Part shown: positions 18,803-26,468 of the stretch, piece after piece
Position numbering within the stretch: position 1 is the stretch's first letter
Layout of the letters: each line of letters opens with the position of its first letter
Assembly (NCBI GenBank): GCA_035574275.1
Contig: DATLYY010000003.1
Coordinates: 20,482 to 84,481 of the forward strand
Length of the DNA: 64,000 nucleotides
Reading direction: 5' to 3'
Origin: Verrucomicrobiia bacterium
GTDB lineage: Bacteria; Zixibacteria; MSB-5A5; DSPP01
Program-made: the position numbers and the translations under genes
Notes under the pieces: model-generated
Databases searched by the model: none
What the model was told of the DNA's origin: nothing
Seen by the model: only the letters and a program-made list of their open reading frames with translations

Positions 18803-19487
18803 CCTCGCTCCTTAGGTAAAAGATTATCGAGAGGGAAAACCAGTCCGGCAGCCAGCGGGCCAGAAGCTGCGCCAACCTCTCCCCCCAAAGTCCCGGCGGG
18901 CAGAGGGTGACCGGAATCATCCGCCTCGTTTTGAGCCCGCATTGTGCGAATAGTTGAAGCGCCGTTTTCCGGTCAAATAGCCGTAGATGCGGAGTTTGGA
19001 TACCGGCCCAGCTTGTACGCCCAAGGAGAATTCCGAGCCGGCGCAGGAGGTGAAACTCGTTCGGCACGGAGATGACCAAAATGCCGTCCGGGTTCAAGGC
19101 CGCTTTCAGTTTTGCGACCGTCTTTTCCGGATAACGCAGGTACTGCAAAACTTCCATGCAGAAAATCGCGTCGTATTTCTGCTCCAGCTCATCCTCCTCC
19201 AAATCGAAGACAAAGCCGACCAGTCCCTGCTGCCGCAGCAGTTGGACCGAGTCGGAGGAGACGTCACAGGCCGAAACCTCATATCCTTTTTCCATCAGCA
19301 TCCGGGCGATAAGCCCCCGCCCGGCGCCGACATCCAGAATTTTCTTCCCCGGGAGGGAGGAAAGATTGCTTTCAACAAACTGCCAGCGCTGCAACGTCCG
19401 CTTATCCACCCGTTCCGGTTCCTGTTTTTTCCAGAACCGGTCGAAGAAAACGCCGGTTTGCTTTTCGGGAACATCTACCGCCATCAT
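18780..19487 (-). CDS. class I SAM-dependent methyltransferase
   Basis: Motif I ILDVGAGRG. The start is set to MMAVDV (ATG 19487), 1 nt after the upstream GT4 stop. The longer ORF runs to 19547. Confidence 0.75.
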   Translation of the reverse strand: MMAVDVPEKQTGVFFDRFWKKQEPERVDKRTLQRWQFVESNLSSLPGKKILDVGAGRGLIARMLMEKGYEVSACDVSSDSVQLLRQQGLVGFVFDLEEDELEQKYDAIFCMEVLQYLRYPEKTVAKLKAALNPDGILVISVPNEFHLLRRLGILLGRTSWAGIQTPHLRLFDRKTALQLFAQCGLKTRRMIPVTLCPPGLWGERLAQLLARWLPDWFSLSIIFYLRSEDGEAAAS

Positions 19488-19488
19488 C

Positions 19489-20643
19489 TTAATCAAACAG
19501 ATTCGCCATCTGGCTCCGCAGCGGCTGTCCGCTCCGCTTGCGGGCAATTACCTTCAAAAAGTCGTTGGCCGCCCGGTTAACATCCAAAAGGTCAAGAAGC
19601 CCGGAGGAAGCCGGGTCGTAATTCCTTTTTTCATGCATGAAGGCAAACATCGCCTGCGCCAGGCTTTCCGGGTCGTGCGGCGGAACCACTTTTCCCAAAC
19701 TGAACTTTCGAACCAGATACCCCATATCCCCCACGTCCGTGGCGATCACCGGCGTTCCGGAGGCCACCGCTTCGGTCAAAACGAGCGGAATGGAGTCGGA
19801 ATGGCTGGGGATCAAAACGCAGGCGGCCCGGCGCAGATAGGTCGCCGCCTCCTTTTCAGAAATTTTACCGTGAAAAATTGCCTTGTCCCCCAGTTTCAGC
19901 TCGGCCAACCGTCTGGGGATTTCGCCGGCCAAACTTCCCCAGCCGGCGATTTCCAGGACCGCCGGCTTCTTTTTCGCCACGTAGGAAAAGGCCAGAAGCA
20001 TATCCTCGATTCCCTTTTCCCGCTCCAGCCGGCCCAGATAGAAAAAGCGGTTGTAGTTTGTTTTGGGAAGAACCGTCCGTTTTTCGCGGCGGCGGGCGGA
20101 GGGGAGAAAACGGCACTCCCGGCCGGAAAGCTCCTCCACCTTCTGGCACAAATCAAACCCGTCGCCGAACAGATGGTCGGCCCCCTGCAGAACCTGGCGG
20201 GTCAAAAGCCCGAAAAAGGGGCGCTCCGACCATTTGTACACGTCCGAGCCGAGACACCAGACGGAGTACGGAATGCCGGTGCGCTGGCTCAAGTAGCGGG
20301 CGAAGTAGCCGGAAGGGAGCGCCCACAAAGCCAAAAGATAATCGACATCGTGGGTGAGCACGAACGGCATCGCCGCCTTCCGCCCGCTGTAAAGAAAGTT
20401 GGCCAGCTTGAGCCAGTTGAGCGGATTTTTGTAATTCAGCGAGCCGATGGGGGCAATCGAGCCGGACCAGGGGAAGCGGAAAACCTCCGGGTCGCTGGCG
20501 GGATGATCCACGACGTATTCCGGCGTGAAAACAGAAACTTTATGCCCCCTTTCGCGCAGGGCATGGACGAAGTCCTTCACGAACGGGCTGGCGGTATCCC
20601 CCTTCCCGGCCGGATAGCGGTTGGTGACAAGCCCCAGCTTCAT
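19489..20643 (-). CDS. GT4-family glycosyltransferase
   Basis: Glyco_trans_4 N-domain and GT1/GT4 C-domain with an E...E motif region (LIPSHSDSIPLVLTEAVASGTPVIATDVGD). Confidence 0.85.
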   Translation of the reverse strand: MKLGLVTNRYPAGKGDTASPFVKDFVHALRERGHKVSVFTPEYVVDHPASDPEVFRFPWSGSIAPIGSLNYKNPLNWLKLANFLYSGRKAAMPFVLTHDVDYLLALWALPSGYFARYLSQRTGIPYSVWCLGSDVYKWSERPFFGLLTRQVLQGADHLFGDGFDLCQKVEELSGRECRFLPSARRREKRTVLPKTNYNRFFYLGRLEREKGIEDMLLAFSYVAKKKPAVLEIAGWGSLAGEIPRRLAELKLGDKAIFHGKISEKEAATYLRRAACVLIPSHSDSIPLVLTEAVASGTPVIATDVGDMGYLVRKFSLGKVVPPHDPESLAQAMFAFMHEKRNYDPASSGLLDLLDVNRAANDFLKVIARKRSGQPLRSQMANLFD

Positions 20644-21704
20644 ACCTTCACCTTCTCTCTATTTCTCTTTTCGACCCGCACTTGAAAATCCAACTGTTCT
20701 TTTCCGCCGGAAAGCTCTTCCAGTTTCAGCATTGTTTCCTTGGCCGTTTTTTGGATACGGTAGATTTCCCGCTTTAAGTGCACGAGCTGGGTGCCGAGGA
20801 AGCCGAAAAACAAAGTCGCCAGACCGGCCAGGAAAGCCAGTACCGTAAGAGTGACCAAAGGCCGGGTCGGGTTCAAATTCCCTTCTTGCCAGAGATACCA
20901 GATATACACCGCCCCGCCAAACGAAAGCAAAACCAGAAACAAACCGACCCCGCCGAAAAGCAGAACCGGCTTTTCATGGAAGGAGAACAGGATGTGGGAA
21001 ACCGCCGTGGCGGTGAATTTGAACTTTGATTTCCCCAGCTTGCGGGCTTTCAAAACCGCAGGCATTTCGACCACGCGATAGCCCATACCAAGGGCACGGG
21101 CCAGAATTTCGAGATGAATTTCCTTCCCTTCCGCTTCCAGCTCCAGCGCTTCCAGAACCTTCTTGCGGTAGCCCCGCACCATTCCAGTGACGGTGGCCAG
21201 CCCCCTCTTCATGGCGAAGCCCAAAATTTTGTTCCCCAGCTTGGAAATCCAAAGCCGCCACAAAGGGACGTTTTCCACCCCGCCTCCCTTGGTATAAGGC
21301 GAGGCGACCACGATATCCACTTCTGGGTGGGCCTGCAGAATTTGGGCCATCGCCAAAAGATATTCCTCGCTGTAGGACAAATCGGCGTCGGCGGTGATGA
21401 TGATTTCCTTGGCGGAGGCGGCGAACCCCTGCCGCAGCGCCCAGCCCCGCCCGCGGTTGGGGAAATAGGAGACGAGCCGGACGCGCGGCTCCTGCTCGGC
21501 AAAGCTCAAAACCGAAAGCGCCGTCCGGTCGGTGGAGCCGTCATCCACGGCAATGATTTCCCAATCCCCGCCAATGGCCCGGAAGGCGGCGGCGATGCGG
21601 GACAAAGTCGAGGAGACGTTTTGCTCCTCGTTGTACATCGGCACCACCACGGAGACGCCGTATAATTGTCTTTGCAGTGACCTGTTATCTTGTCGTTTTT
21701 TCAT
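20640..21704 (-). CDS. GT2 polyprenyl-phosphate glycosyltransferase (Dpm1/GtrB/ArnC-like) with C-terminal TM anchors
   Basis: VVVPMYNEE...DDGSTD...DAD (DxD) GT2 core followed by two C-terminal TM helices, the architecture of polyisoprenyl-phosphate hexose synthases. Confidence 0.85.
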   Translation of the reverse strand: MKKRQDNRSLQRQLYGVSVVVPMYNEEQNVSSTLSRIAAAFRAIGGDWEIIAVDDGSTDRTALSVLSFAEQEPRVRLVSYFPNRGRGWALRQGFAASAKEIIITADADLSYSEEYLLAMAQILQAHPEVDIVVASPYTKGGGVENVPLWRLWISKLGNKILGFAMKRGLATVTGMVRGYRKKVLEALELEAEGKEIHLEILARALGMGYRVVEMPAVLKARKLGKSKFKFTATAVSHILFSFHEKPVLLFGGVGLFLVLLSFGGAVYIWYLWQEGNLNPTRPLVTLTVLAFLAGLATLFFGFLGTQLVHLKREIYRIQKTAKETMLKLEELSGGKEQLDFQVRVEKRNREKVKV

Positions 21705-23784
21705 CTTCTCGCCCCATCGGTTTTAATTTGTCCGGTAAAAGCCAGTTCCCCTCCGCCCGGGCCTCCTTGGCCTCGTCAAATTTTCCCTGCTCCTGAAGTG
21801 CCGTGGCCAGAAAAAAGTACGCCTCTCCCCAGTATGGATCATAAGAAAGCGCCAGCTTAAAGCAGGTCTCGGCCAAAGGATACTGCCGGGCATAGAGGTA
21901 CGCCTTACCCACCGTGACCCAGGTGCGCGGGTTCTCGCCGTCGTATTCCGTCGCCAGTTTGAGCAAATCATCGGTCTCCGGAGCACCAATCTTGGACAAG
22001 TAGGCCCCCCAATTGTATATTTCTAATTCTAAGCTTTCCCGCGTGAGTTTATCCGACCCCCCGATGTAGGTCTTGCGCACAAAGTTCACCACCTGCTTCG
22101 GCACCTCCAGCCCCACCTTCTCTCGCCGGAATTCAAGGAGATAGTCGAAGGGCCAAAAGTAGCGACAATCGCTGATGTGATACCCCAGCTGGGTGAAAAT
22201 CGGCCGTTCGTTTTTTTGACAGAACGCCGCAAAGCCGCGCCGGAGTTGAGTCAACGGTTTGGCACTATTCGGGATTGAATCGATAATCAAATCCGGATAA
22301 CGGTGCCGTGTCCATTCGGCCAAGTGCGGTTGAAAAAAAACATTTGACAAGACAATGGCCACATCCGGCCTTTGCCCCAAAGCCCCCTGCTGGTACAAAG
22401 CGGCGGTCAGCAGGCGGTCGGAAGAGTAAACAACGACGGCGTTGGGCGGCAGGGAACGCAAGCTCTCTTCCGCAATTTTTTGCGGCCAGCTGCTCTGATG
22501 TAAATCGCATTCGCCCCAATTTTTTGCCGCCAAAAAAAGACCAAATGACATCGTAAGAACGGGAACTGCCCAGCTAATTTTTAGCGCAAATCGGGACACG
22601 CCCTTTGACAGCCAAGTAAGGACTTGCATCAAACCCGCCGTCGCCGTCAAAACAGCCAGTCCGGTCCCAAAAGAGAGATATCCCAAGATATCCATATTAT
22701 AGGGGTTGAATTCCGCCGCCCACAAGGTCACCAGAAAATTGGACAACAAAAGCACAAAAACACCCAGGCCGATCCGGGGTAAATGATGCGCGAGTACAAG
22801 AGCTCCCGGGATGACTAAAAGCCAGAAAACCGCCGAAAATTCCGATTGAAAAAAGACCGCGAGCCGCATCATATTGGGATAGGAAACGTTGGTCGGCGTG
22901 TCGTCGATGGACTCCTGCCAACTGCCGGAACGGGTGAGGGCGGCCCAGAAACGCTCCCAATTGTCCGGCTGGTTCCAGTTGAAATACGGGTCCTGGGCGG
23001 AGCGGATGGGCAAAAACAAATACATCGTGGCCGCAAGCAGGATTAGACCGGCCACCCAACCCCATTTAGACAGTTCTTCTTTCCAGTTGTCGGATTTATA
23101 ACAGCCCATAATTAAAAGCCCCGGCAAAATCGAAACCGACTGCAGCGGATGATTGGTGGCCGAAAGTCCCCACAGAAACGCACCCAAAAGGAAAAAATGG
23201 GTTGGCTTATCGATCTTTTCCAACGACAGCGCAATCAGCAGAACCGAAAAGATCAATATCAACTGTAGAGAGTACACTTCCGCCCGCACGGCCTGCAGCC
23301 AGACCGTCTGGCTGAAGGCAAAAACCAAAGCCGCTCCCAGCGCCGTTAAAGTCACAACCGCAGGATTTGTCGCCAAAACACCGGTCGTTTCCTCTTCCCT
23401 TATCGTGGAGGATTGGGGCTTGTCCCGAGAGAAGTCGAGGGAAGGGGTTACAAAAATATCCGCCAAAACCTTTTTAACGCACAGGAAGAATAGAGCCGCT
23501 CCCGCCGCCCCAAAAAGCCCGCACATCATATTGGTGGCCCGTGCGGGGTTATGCGGAATAAGCCAACTGAAAAGCTTGCCAATCAAAACCCACAACGGAA
23601 AGCTGGGCGAATGAGGTAAGCTAAGGGTGGCCGCCGCCATCGAAAAGGTGGCGGAATCCTCCCAGAAGGGTCCCGGCGCGGCCGTGTAGAAATAGACCCC
23701 CAAAGGCAAAATGAACGAGGCCAAAAGACAAAAACGCTCCAAGCGGTTATCCATATCCCCTTTCTTGTTTTCGGTAAAAAACAC
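21685..23784 (-). CDS. DUF2723 (TMEM260/PMT-like, predicted GT-C fold) polytopic membrane protein with C-terminal TPR repeats
   Basis: About 11 TM helices, a conserved N-terminal DxD-like loop (PGPFWEDSATF), and a C-terminal TPR pair. The family is related to protein O-mannosyltransferases. Confidence 0.8.
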   Translation of the reverse strand: MFFTENKKGDMDNRLERFCLLASFILPLGVYFYTAAPGPFWEDSATFSMAAATLSLPHSPSFPLWVLIGKLFSWLIPHNPARATNMMCGLFGAAGAALFFLCVKKVLADIFVTPSLDFSRDKPQSSTIREEETTGVLATNPAVVTLTALGAALVFAFSQTVWLQAVRAEVYSLQLILIFSVLLIALSLEKIDKPTHFFLLGAFLWGLSATNHPLQSVSILPGLLIMGCYKSDNWKEELSKWGWVAGLILLAATMYLFLPIRSAQDPYFNWNQPDNWERFWAALTRSGSWQESIDDTPTNVSYPNMMRLAVFFQSEFSAVFWLLVIPGALVLAHHLPRIGLGVFVLLLSNFLVTLWAAEFNPYNMDILGYLSFGTGLAVLTATAGLMQVLTWLSKGVSRFALKISWAVPVLTMSFGLFLAAKNWGECDLHQSSWPQKIAEESLRSLPPNAVVVYSSDRLLTAALYQQGALGQRPDVAIVLSNVFFQPHLAEWTRHRYPDLIIDSIPNSAKPLTQLRRGFAAFCQKNERPIFTQLGYHISDCRYFWPFDYLLEFRREKVGLEVPKQVVNFVRKTYIGGSDKLTRESLELEIYNWGAYLSKIGAPETDDLLKLATEYDGENPRTWVTVGKAYLYARQYPLAETCFKLALSYDPYWGEAYFFLATALQEQGKFDEAKEARAEGNWLLPDKLKPMGREDEKTTR

Positions 23785-23810
23785 CTTTTCCGTAACCCTT
23801 TCCCCCTCTC

Positions 23811-23852
23811 CGCGTCGGAGAGGGGGTTAGGGGGTGAGGTTAACAGAGCAAA
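23811..23852 (-). repeat. copy 1 (diverged) of the 42-nt hairpin element CCCCTCTCCG(c/t)GTCGGAGAGGG-TTAGGG-GAGGTTAA
   Basis: Shares the 9-bp stem / 3-nt loop and the TTAGGGnGAGGTTAAC tail with copies at 33856-33898 and 37924-37965. Confidence 0.6.
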
Positions 23853-23857
23853 AAAAA

Positions 23858-23889
23858 GCCCCCCGTACGGGGGGCTTTTTCGTGACGCA
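23858..23889 (-). terminator. bidirectional rho-independent terminator (A8-GCCCCCCGTACGGGGGGC-T5)
   Basis: Perfect 8-bp GC stem flanked by A and T runs, just downstream of the pilin gene stop. Confidence 0.8.
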
Positions 23890-23892
23890 AGG

Positions 23893-24327
23893 TTACTGTA
23901 TCGCGTCGTCGGTCGTGACGATGAGGTTTCCGGTTTGATCAATCTGCCAAGTATCAACCGTCGCGTCGTCGTCCAGGTCTTTGGCGAGAGCCCGCGCCCG
24001 ACAGGTGAAAGCCGTAGCATTCGCCACGGTGAAGTCATAGGAGTAACGGGCGGTTAACCCGATTTCCACGCCAATACTGTCAAAGGCGTTCGGCGTCGCC
24101 GGACCGGCTATCAAAGCAGTTGACCAATATCGGTCTTTTTCCTGCCGAAAGGCCTGCTGCATCGTGTAAACCTGCTTCAGAATCTGCTTGGCTTCCGACT
24201 GTTTGGACTTGGTCGTCGCGCGCATAAAACGCGGAATCGCCAGAGCCGCCAGAATACCGATGATGACCACCACGATCATCAGCTCGATAAGGGTGAAACC
24301 CTTCTGGCTGTTTTTCTTGTTGAACAT
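23893..24327 (-). CDS. type IV pilin (class III signal peptide MFNKKNSQKG|FTLIELMIVVVIIGILAA)
   Basis: Canonical prepilin leader with Gly-1, Phe+1 and Glu+5. GGGAGG lies 6 nt before this ATG, and an upstream ATG at 24357 is less likely. Confidence 0.85.
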   Translation of the reverse strand: MFNKKNSQKGFTLIELMIVVVIIGILAALAIPRFMRATTKSKQSEAKQILKQVYTMQQAFRQEKDRYWSTALIAGPATPNAFDSIGVEIGLTARYSYDFTVANATAFTCRARALAKDLDDDATVDTWQIDQTGNLIVTTDDAIQ

Positions 24328-24377
24328 CTGTTCCTCCCTTTGGTTATTGGTTTTCATAATCGTCGGCTAACAGTTAC

Positions 24378-24393
24378 GCAACCCCAATGCCAA
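24378..24393 (-). promoter_or_regulatory. sigma-54 -24/-12 promoter (TTGGCAT-N5-TTGCG) upstream of pilin 1
   Basis: The minus strand reads TGGCATTGGGGTTGCG: GG-N10-GC spacing with a TGGCA -24 and TTGC -12, about 50 nt upstream of the pilin ATG. Confidence 0.55.
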
Positions 24394-24554
24394 AAGATGC
24401 CCAAGCCGGGCATTTTTTCGGCCTCGCAAGTGATTTGTTTACAAACGGTTACAGAAGGCCGCAAACTCCAGGCGGGTTTCAAACCCGCCCCTACACGGAT
24501 TCCAAGGGTAACCCGCCAATTATTTTGCAAAATGCGAATGATCAGAATGGTCTT

Positions 24555-24618
24555 TGTAGGGGCGGGTTTTAAACCCGTCCCTTGCCACCATCCGGGCAGG
24601 TTTAAAACCTGCCCCTAC
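24555..24618 (+). repeat. REP doublet (BIME-like): GTAGGGGCGGGTTTTAAACCCGTCCCT ... GGGCAGGTTTAAAACCTGCCCCTAC
   Basis: Two palindromes of 25-27 nt separated by an 11-nt spacer, 38 nt upstream of the RAYT start. Confidence 0.8.
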
Positions 24619-24655
24619 CATTGACAAACCGAAATGTCCATGCATTTTTTGCCGA

Positions 24656-25264
24656 ATGTCAATAGAGAACCGGCCTAAACCCCAGCGCCGTTCCATTCGG
24701 CTGCGGGGCTACGATTATTCCAGGGAGGGTGGATATTTCATAACCATCTGCACTGGGAATAGAGAATCTCTCTTTGGCGAAATCATAGATGGCCAGATGC
24801 GATTGAATGACCTCGGGCTGATAGTCCAGAAGGTTTGGGATGAATTGCCCGAACATTACCCGTCGATTGAATTGGATAAATTTGTCATTATGCCCAATCA
24901 TATTCACGGGATTATCATCCTTGTAGGGGCGGGTTTGAAACCCGCCCTTTCCACCCCCCGGGCAGGTTTAAAACCTGCCCCTACAGGTGAAAATTCGAAG
25001 AAACGTTCACTGGCGGAAATTGTCCGGGCGTTCAAGACATTCTCTGCTCGACGAATAAACGAATTTCGACGAATGCCGGGCCTTCCCATCTGGCAACGGA
25101 ATTATTACGAACATATTATCCGCAATGAATCCTCCCTAAACAAAATCCGGGAATACATTAAGGGCAATCCATTGAATTGGGCCTTGGACATCGAAAACCC
25201 GGCCATTTTATCCAATCCGAATAGCCGCCGAAGCGAAGAAAAATTCTGGAACGTATCGGCGTAA
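24656..25264 (+). CDS. REP-associated tyrosine transposase (RAYT, IS200/Y1-like) carrying an in-frame REP-doublet insertion
   Basis: HUH motif (HIHGII) and a C-terminal WQRNYYEHIIRNE tyrosine helix. Between them, 22 residues (VGAGLKPALSTPRAGLKPAPTG) are encoded by a REP doublet at 24922-24985. Confidence 0.8.
   Translation: MSIENRPKPQRRSIRLRGYDYSREGGYFITICTGNRESLFGEIIDGQMRLNDLGLIVQKVWDELPEHYPSIELDKFVIMPNHIHGIIILVGAGLKPALSTPRAGLKPAPTGENSKKRSLAEIVRAFKTFSARRINEFRRMPGLPIWQRNYYEHIIRNESSLNKIREYIKGNPLNWALDIENPAILSNPNSRRSEEKFWNVSA
24922..24985 (+). repeat. REP doublet located inside the RAYT coding sequence
   Basis: Near-identical to the 24555-24618 doublet. The reading frame is maintained. Confidence 0.8.
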
Positions 25265-25282
25265 ATGGCCGGTGAGGCACAA

Positions 25283-25315
25283 CAAAAAAGCCCCGCTCTT
25301 GCGGGGCTTGATTTA
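25283..25315 (-). terminator. bidirectional rho-independent terminator (A6-GCCCCGC-TCTT-GCGGGGC-TTGATTT)
   Basis: Hairpin between the convergent RAYT and pilin-2 3' ends. Confidence 0.7.
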
Positions 25316-25333
25316 ATCGTGCCGATTCTTGAC

Positions 25334-25771
25334 TTACAATATCGCGTCGTCGGAAGTGACAACCAGATTGCCGGTATTGTCAATTTGCCAGACATCAGCG
25401 GCCGGATCCGTGTCTAAAGCCGGAGAACTGGCAGTTGCGACGCAGATAAAAGCGGTGGCATTTGCAACTGTCATTGTATAGGTATATCTTGAGTTTGAAG
25501 CAATATCGACACCAATCCGTGCAAAAGCCGTGTCTGCTCCGTTTGCATAAGCAGAAACGCCGGCTCCCCAATATCCATCGTACTGCTGTCTGTAAGATAG
25601 CTGCATTGTATAAACTTCCTTTAAAATCGTTCTTGCCTCCGACTGCTTGGCTTTGACGGTTGCCAACATGAAACGCGGCAGAGCCATCGCCGCCAAAATG
25701 CCGATGATAACCACCACAATCATCAACTCTATCAAGGTGAACCCTTTGTCCCGTCTCATAAGTTTAGGCAT
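25334..25771 (-). CDS. type IV pilin paralog (leader MPKLMRRDKG|FTLIELMIVVVIIGILAA)
   Basis: Canonical class III signal. The mature N-terminal 45 aa are about 85% identical to pilin 1 and the C-terminal beta domain is diverged. The ORF track start (25828) is probably too long. Confidence 0.85.
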   Translation of the reverse strand: MPKLMRRDKGFTLIELMIVVVIIGILAAMALPRFMLATVKAKQSEARTILKEVYTMQLSYRQQYDGYWGAGVSAYANGADTAFARIGVDIASNSRYTYTMTVANATAFICVATASSPALDTDPAADVWQIDNTGNLVVTSDDAIL

Positions 25772-25794
25772 ACGTCCCTCGCACCCCTTTTTAT

Positions 25795-25810
25795 GGCAAA
25801 CCCCGTTCCA
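25795..25810 (-). promoter_or_regulatory. sigma-54-like -24/-12 promoter (TTGGAAC-N5-TTTGCC) upstream of pilin 2
   Basis: GG-N10-GC spacing, 24 nt upstream of the ATG at 25771. Confidence 0.5.
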
Positions 25811-25979
25811 AAACCGCTTTATTTTCATCTTCCTTGTCCATCAACGACTTACCTTGCCGCGGGGCTTTTTGGGTTCCGAAGAGGCCATTGGCGGCGAGCC
25901 GGCCGCCTTGCGTTCTGCAAGGGTTATCTCCTTTTCCAGCTTGAAAAGTCGCCAATTCACTACGCTTCTTTCAACCTGA

Positions 25980-26408
25980 TTAGGATCTCGTATCGTCAGA
26001 AACAACCACCAATGAGCCTTTCTCGTCAATCGTCCACACGTCTGTCGTAGCGTCGCCATCCAAAATACCAGAAGTTGCTCTACAGACAAAAACACTGTCA
26101 TAAACTACCGTGAAAACATAGGAATAGCGATTGGTGCAATTAAAATCCACACCAATCGGGAGAAATGCATACGGATTTGCTGCGGAGCCTTCGATACCTC
26201 CGGCTGGCCAAAAAACTCCGGTATTCTGCCGATAAGCCAATTGCTGTTGATAAATTTCCTGCAACTTTGATTTGGCTTCATCCTGCTTGCTTGGTGTTGG
26301 CGGGGCGATCGTTATATATTTTGTTTCAGTACAGCCCCAAGCCAGCAACATTAAGACCGTCAAACCCAAAACCACAATCTCCTCAATTCCAAACTTTCTT
26401 GTTTTCAT
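25980..26408 (-). CDS. pilin-like paralog with a degenerate prepilin leader replaced by a lipoprotein-like signal (…LLAWGC)
   Basis: The C-terminal 90 aa align with pilins 1/2 (NRYSY.FTV...DVW.ID..G.LVV.SDD). The N-terminus lacks G|F..E and instead has a hydrophobic core followed by Cys. Confidence 0.6.
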   Translation of the reverse strand: MKTRKFGIEEIVVLGLTVLMLLAWGCTETKYITIAPPTPSKQDEAKSKLQEIYQQQLAYRQNTGVFWPAGGIEGSAANPYAFLPIGVDFNCTNRYSYVFTVVYDSVFVCRATSGILDGDATTDVWTIDEKGSLVVVSDDTRS

Positions 26409-26422
26409 ATCTTCCTCCTACT

Positions 26423-26438
26423 GCAAAGCTTGTTCCCA
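26423..26438 (-). promoter_or_regulatory. sigma-54-like -24/-12 promoter (TTGGGAAC-N4-TTTGCA) upstream of pilin-like 3
   Basis: GG-N10-GC spacing with the TTGCA -12 element. The -12 lies only 15 nt from the ATG. Confidence 0.45.
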
Positions 26439-26468
26439 AACCCCAGCGTCGCCGTTCTCTATTCTACG

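Larger units (their letters stand above)
24468..25264 (+). mobile_element. REP-RAYT unit: a REP singlet and a REP doublet upstream of a REP-associated tyrosine transposase gene
   Basis: Palindromic GTAGGGGCGGGTTTnAAACCCGCCCCTAC-type repeats at 24468-24495, 24555-24618 and 24922-24985 flank or invade a Y1/HUH transposase ORF. Confidence 0.75.

Noticed and set aside
19156-20685. 509-aa plus-strand ORF
   Set aside because: Antisense to the GT4 and methyltransferase genes. Pro/Arg/Gly-rich shadow frame.
24904-25089. 61-aa minus-strand ORF inside the RAYT gene
   Set aside because: It is the reverse reading of the REP doublet (GAGFKPA…) and is an artefact of the palindromes.
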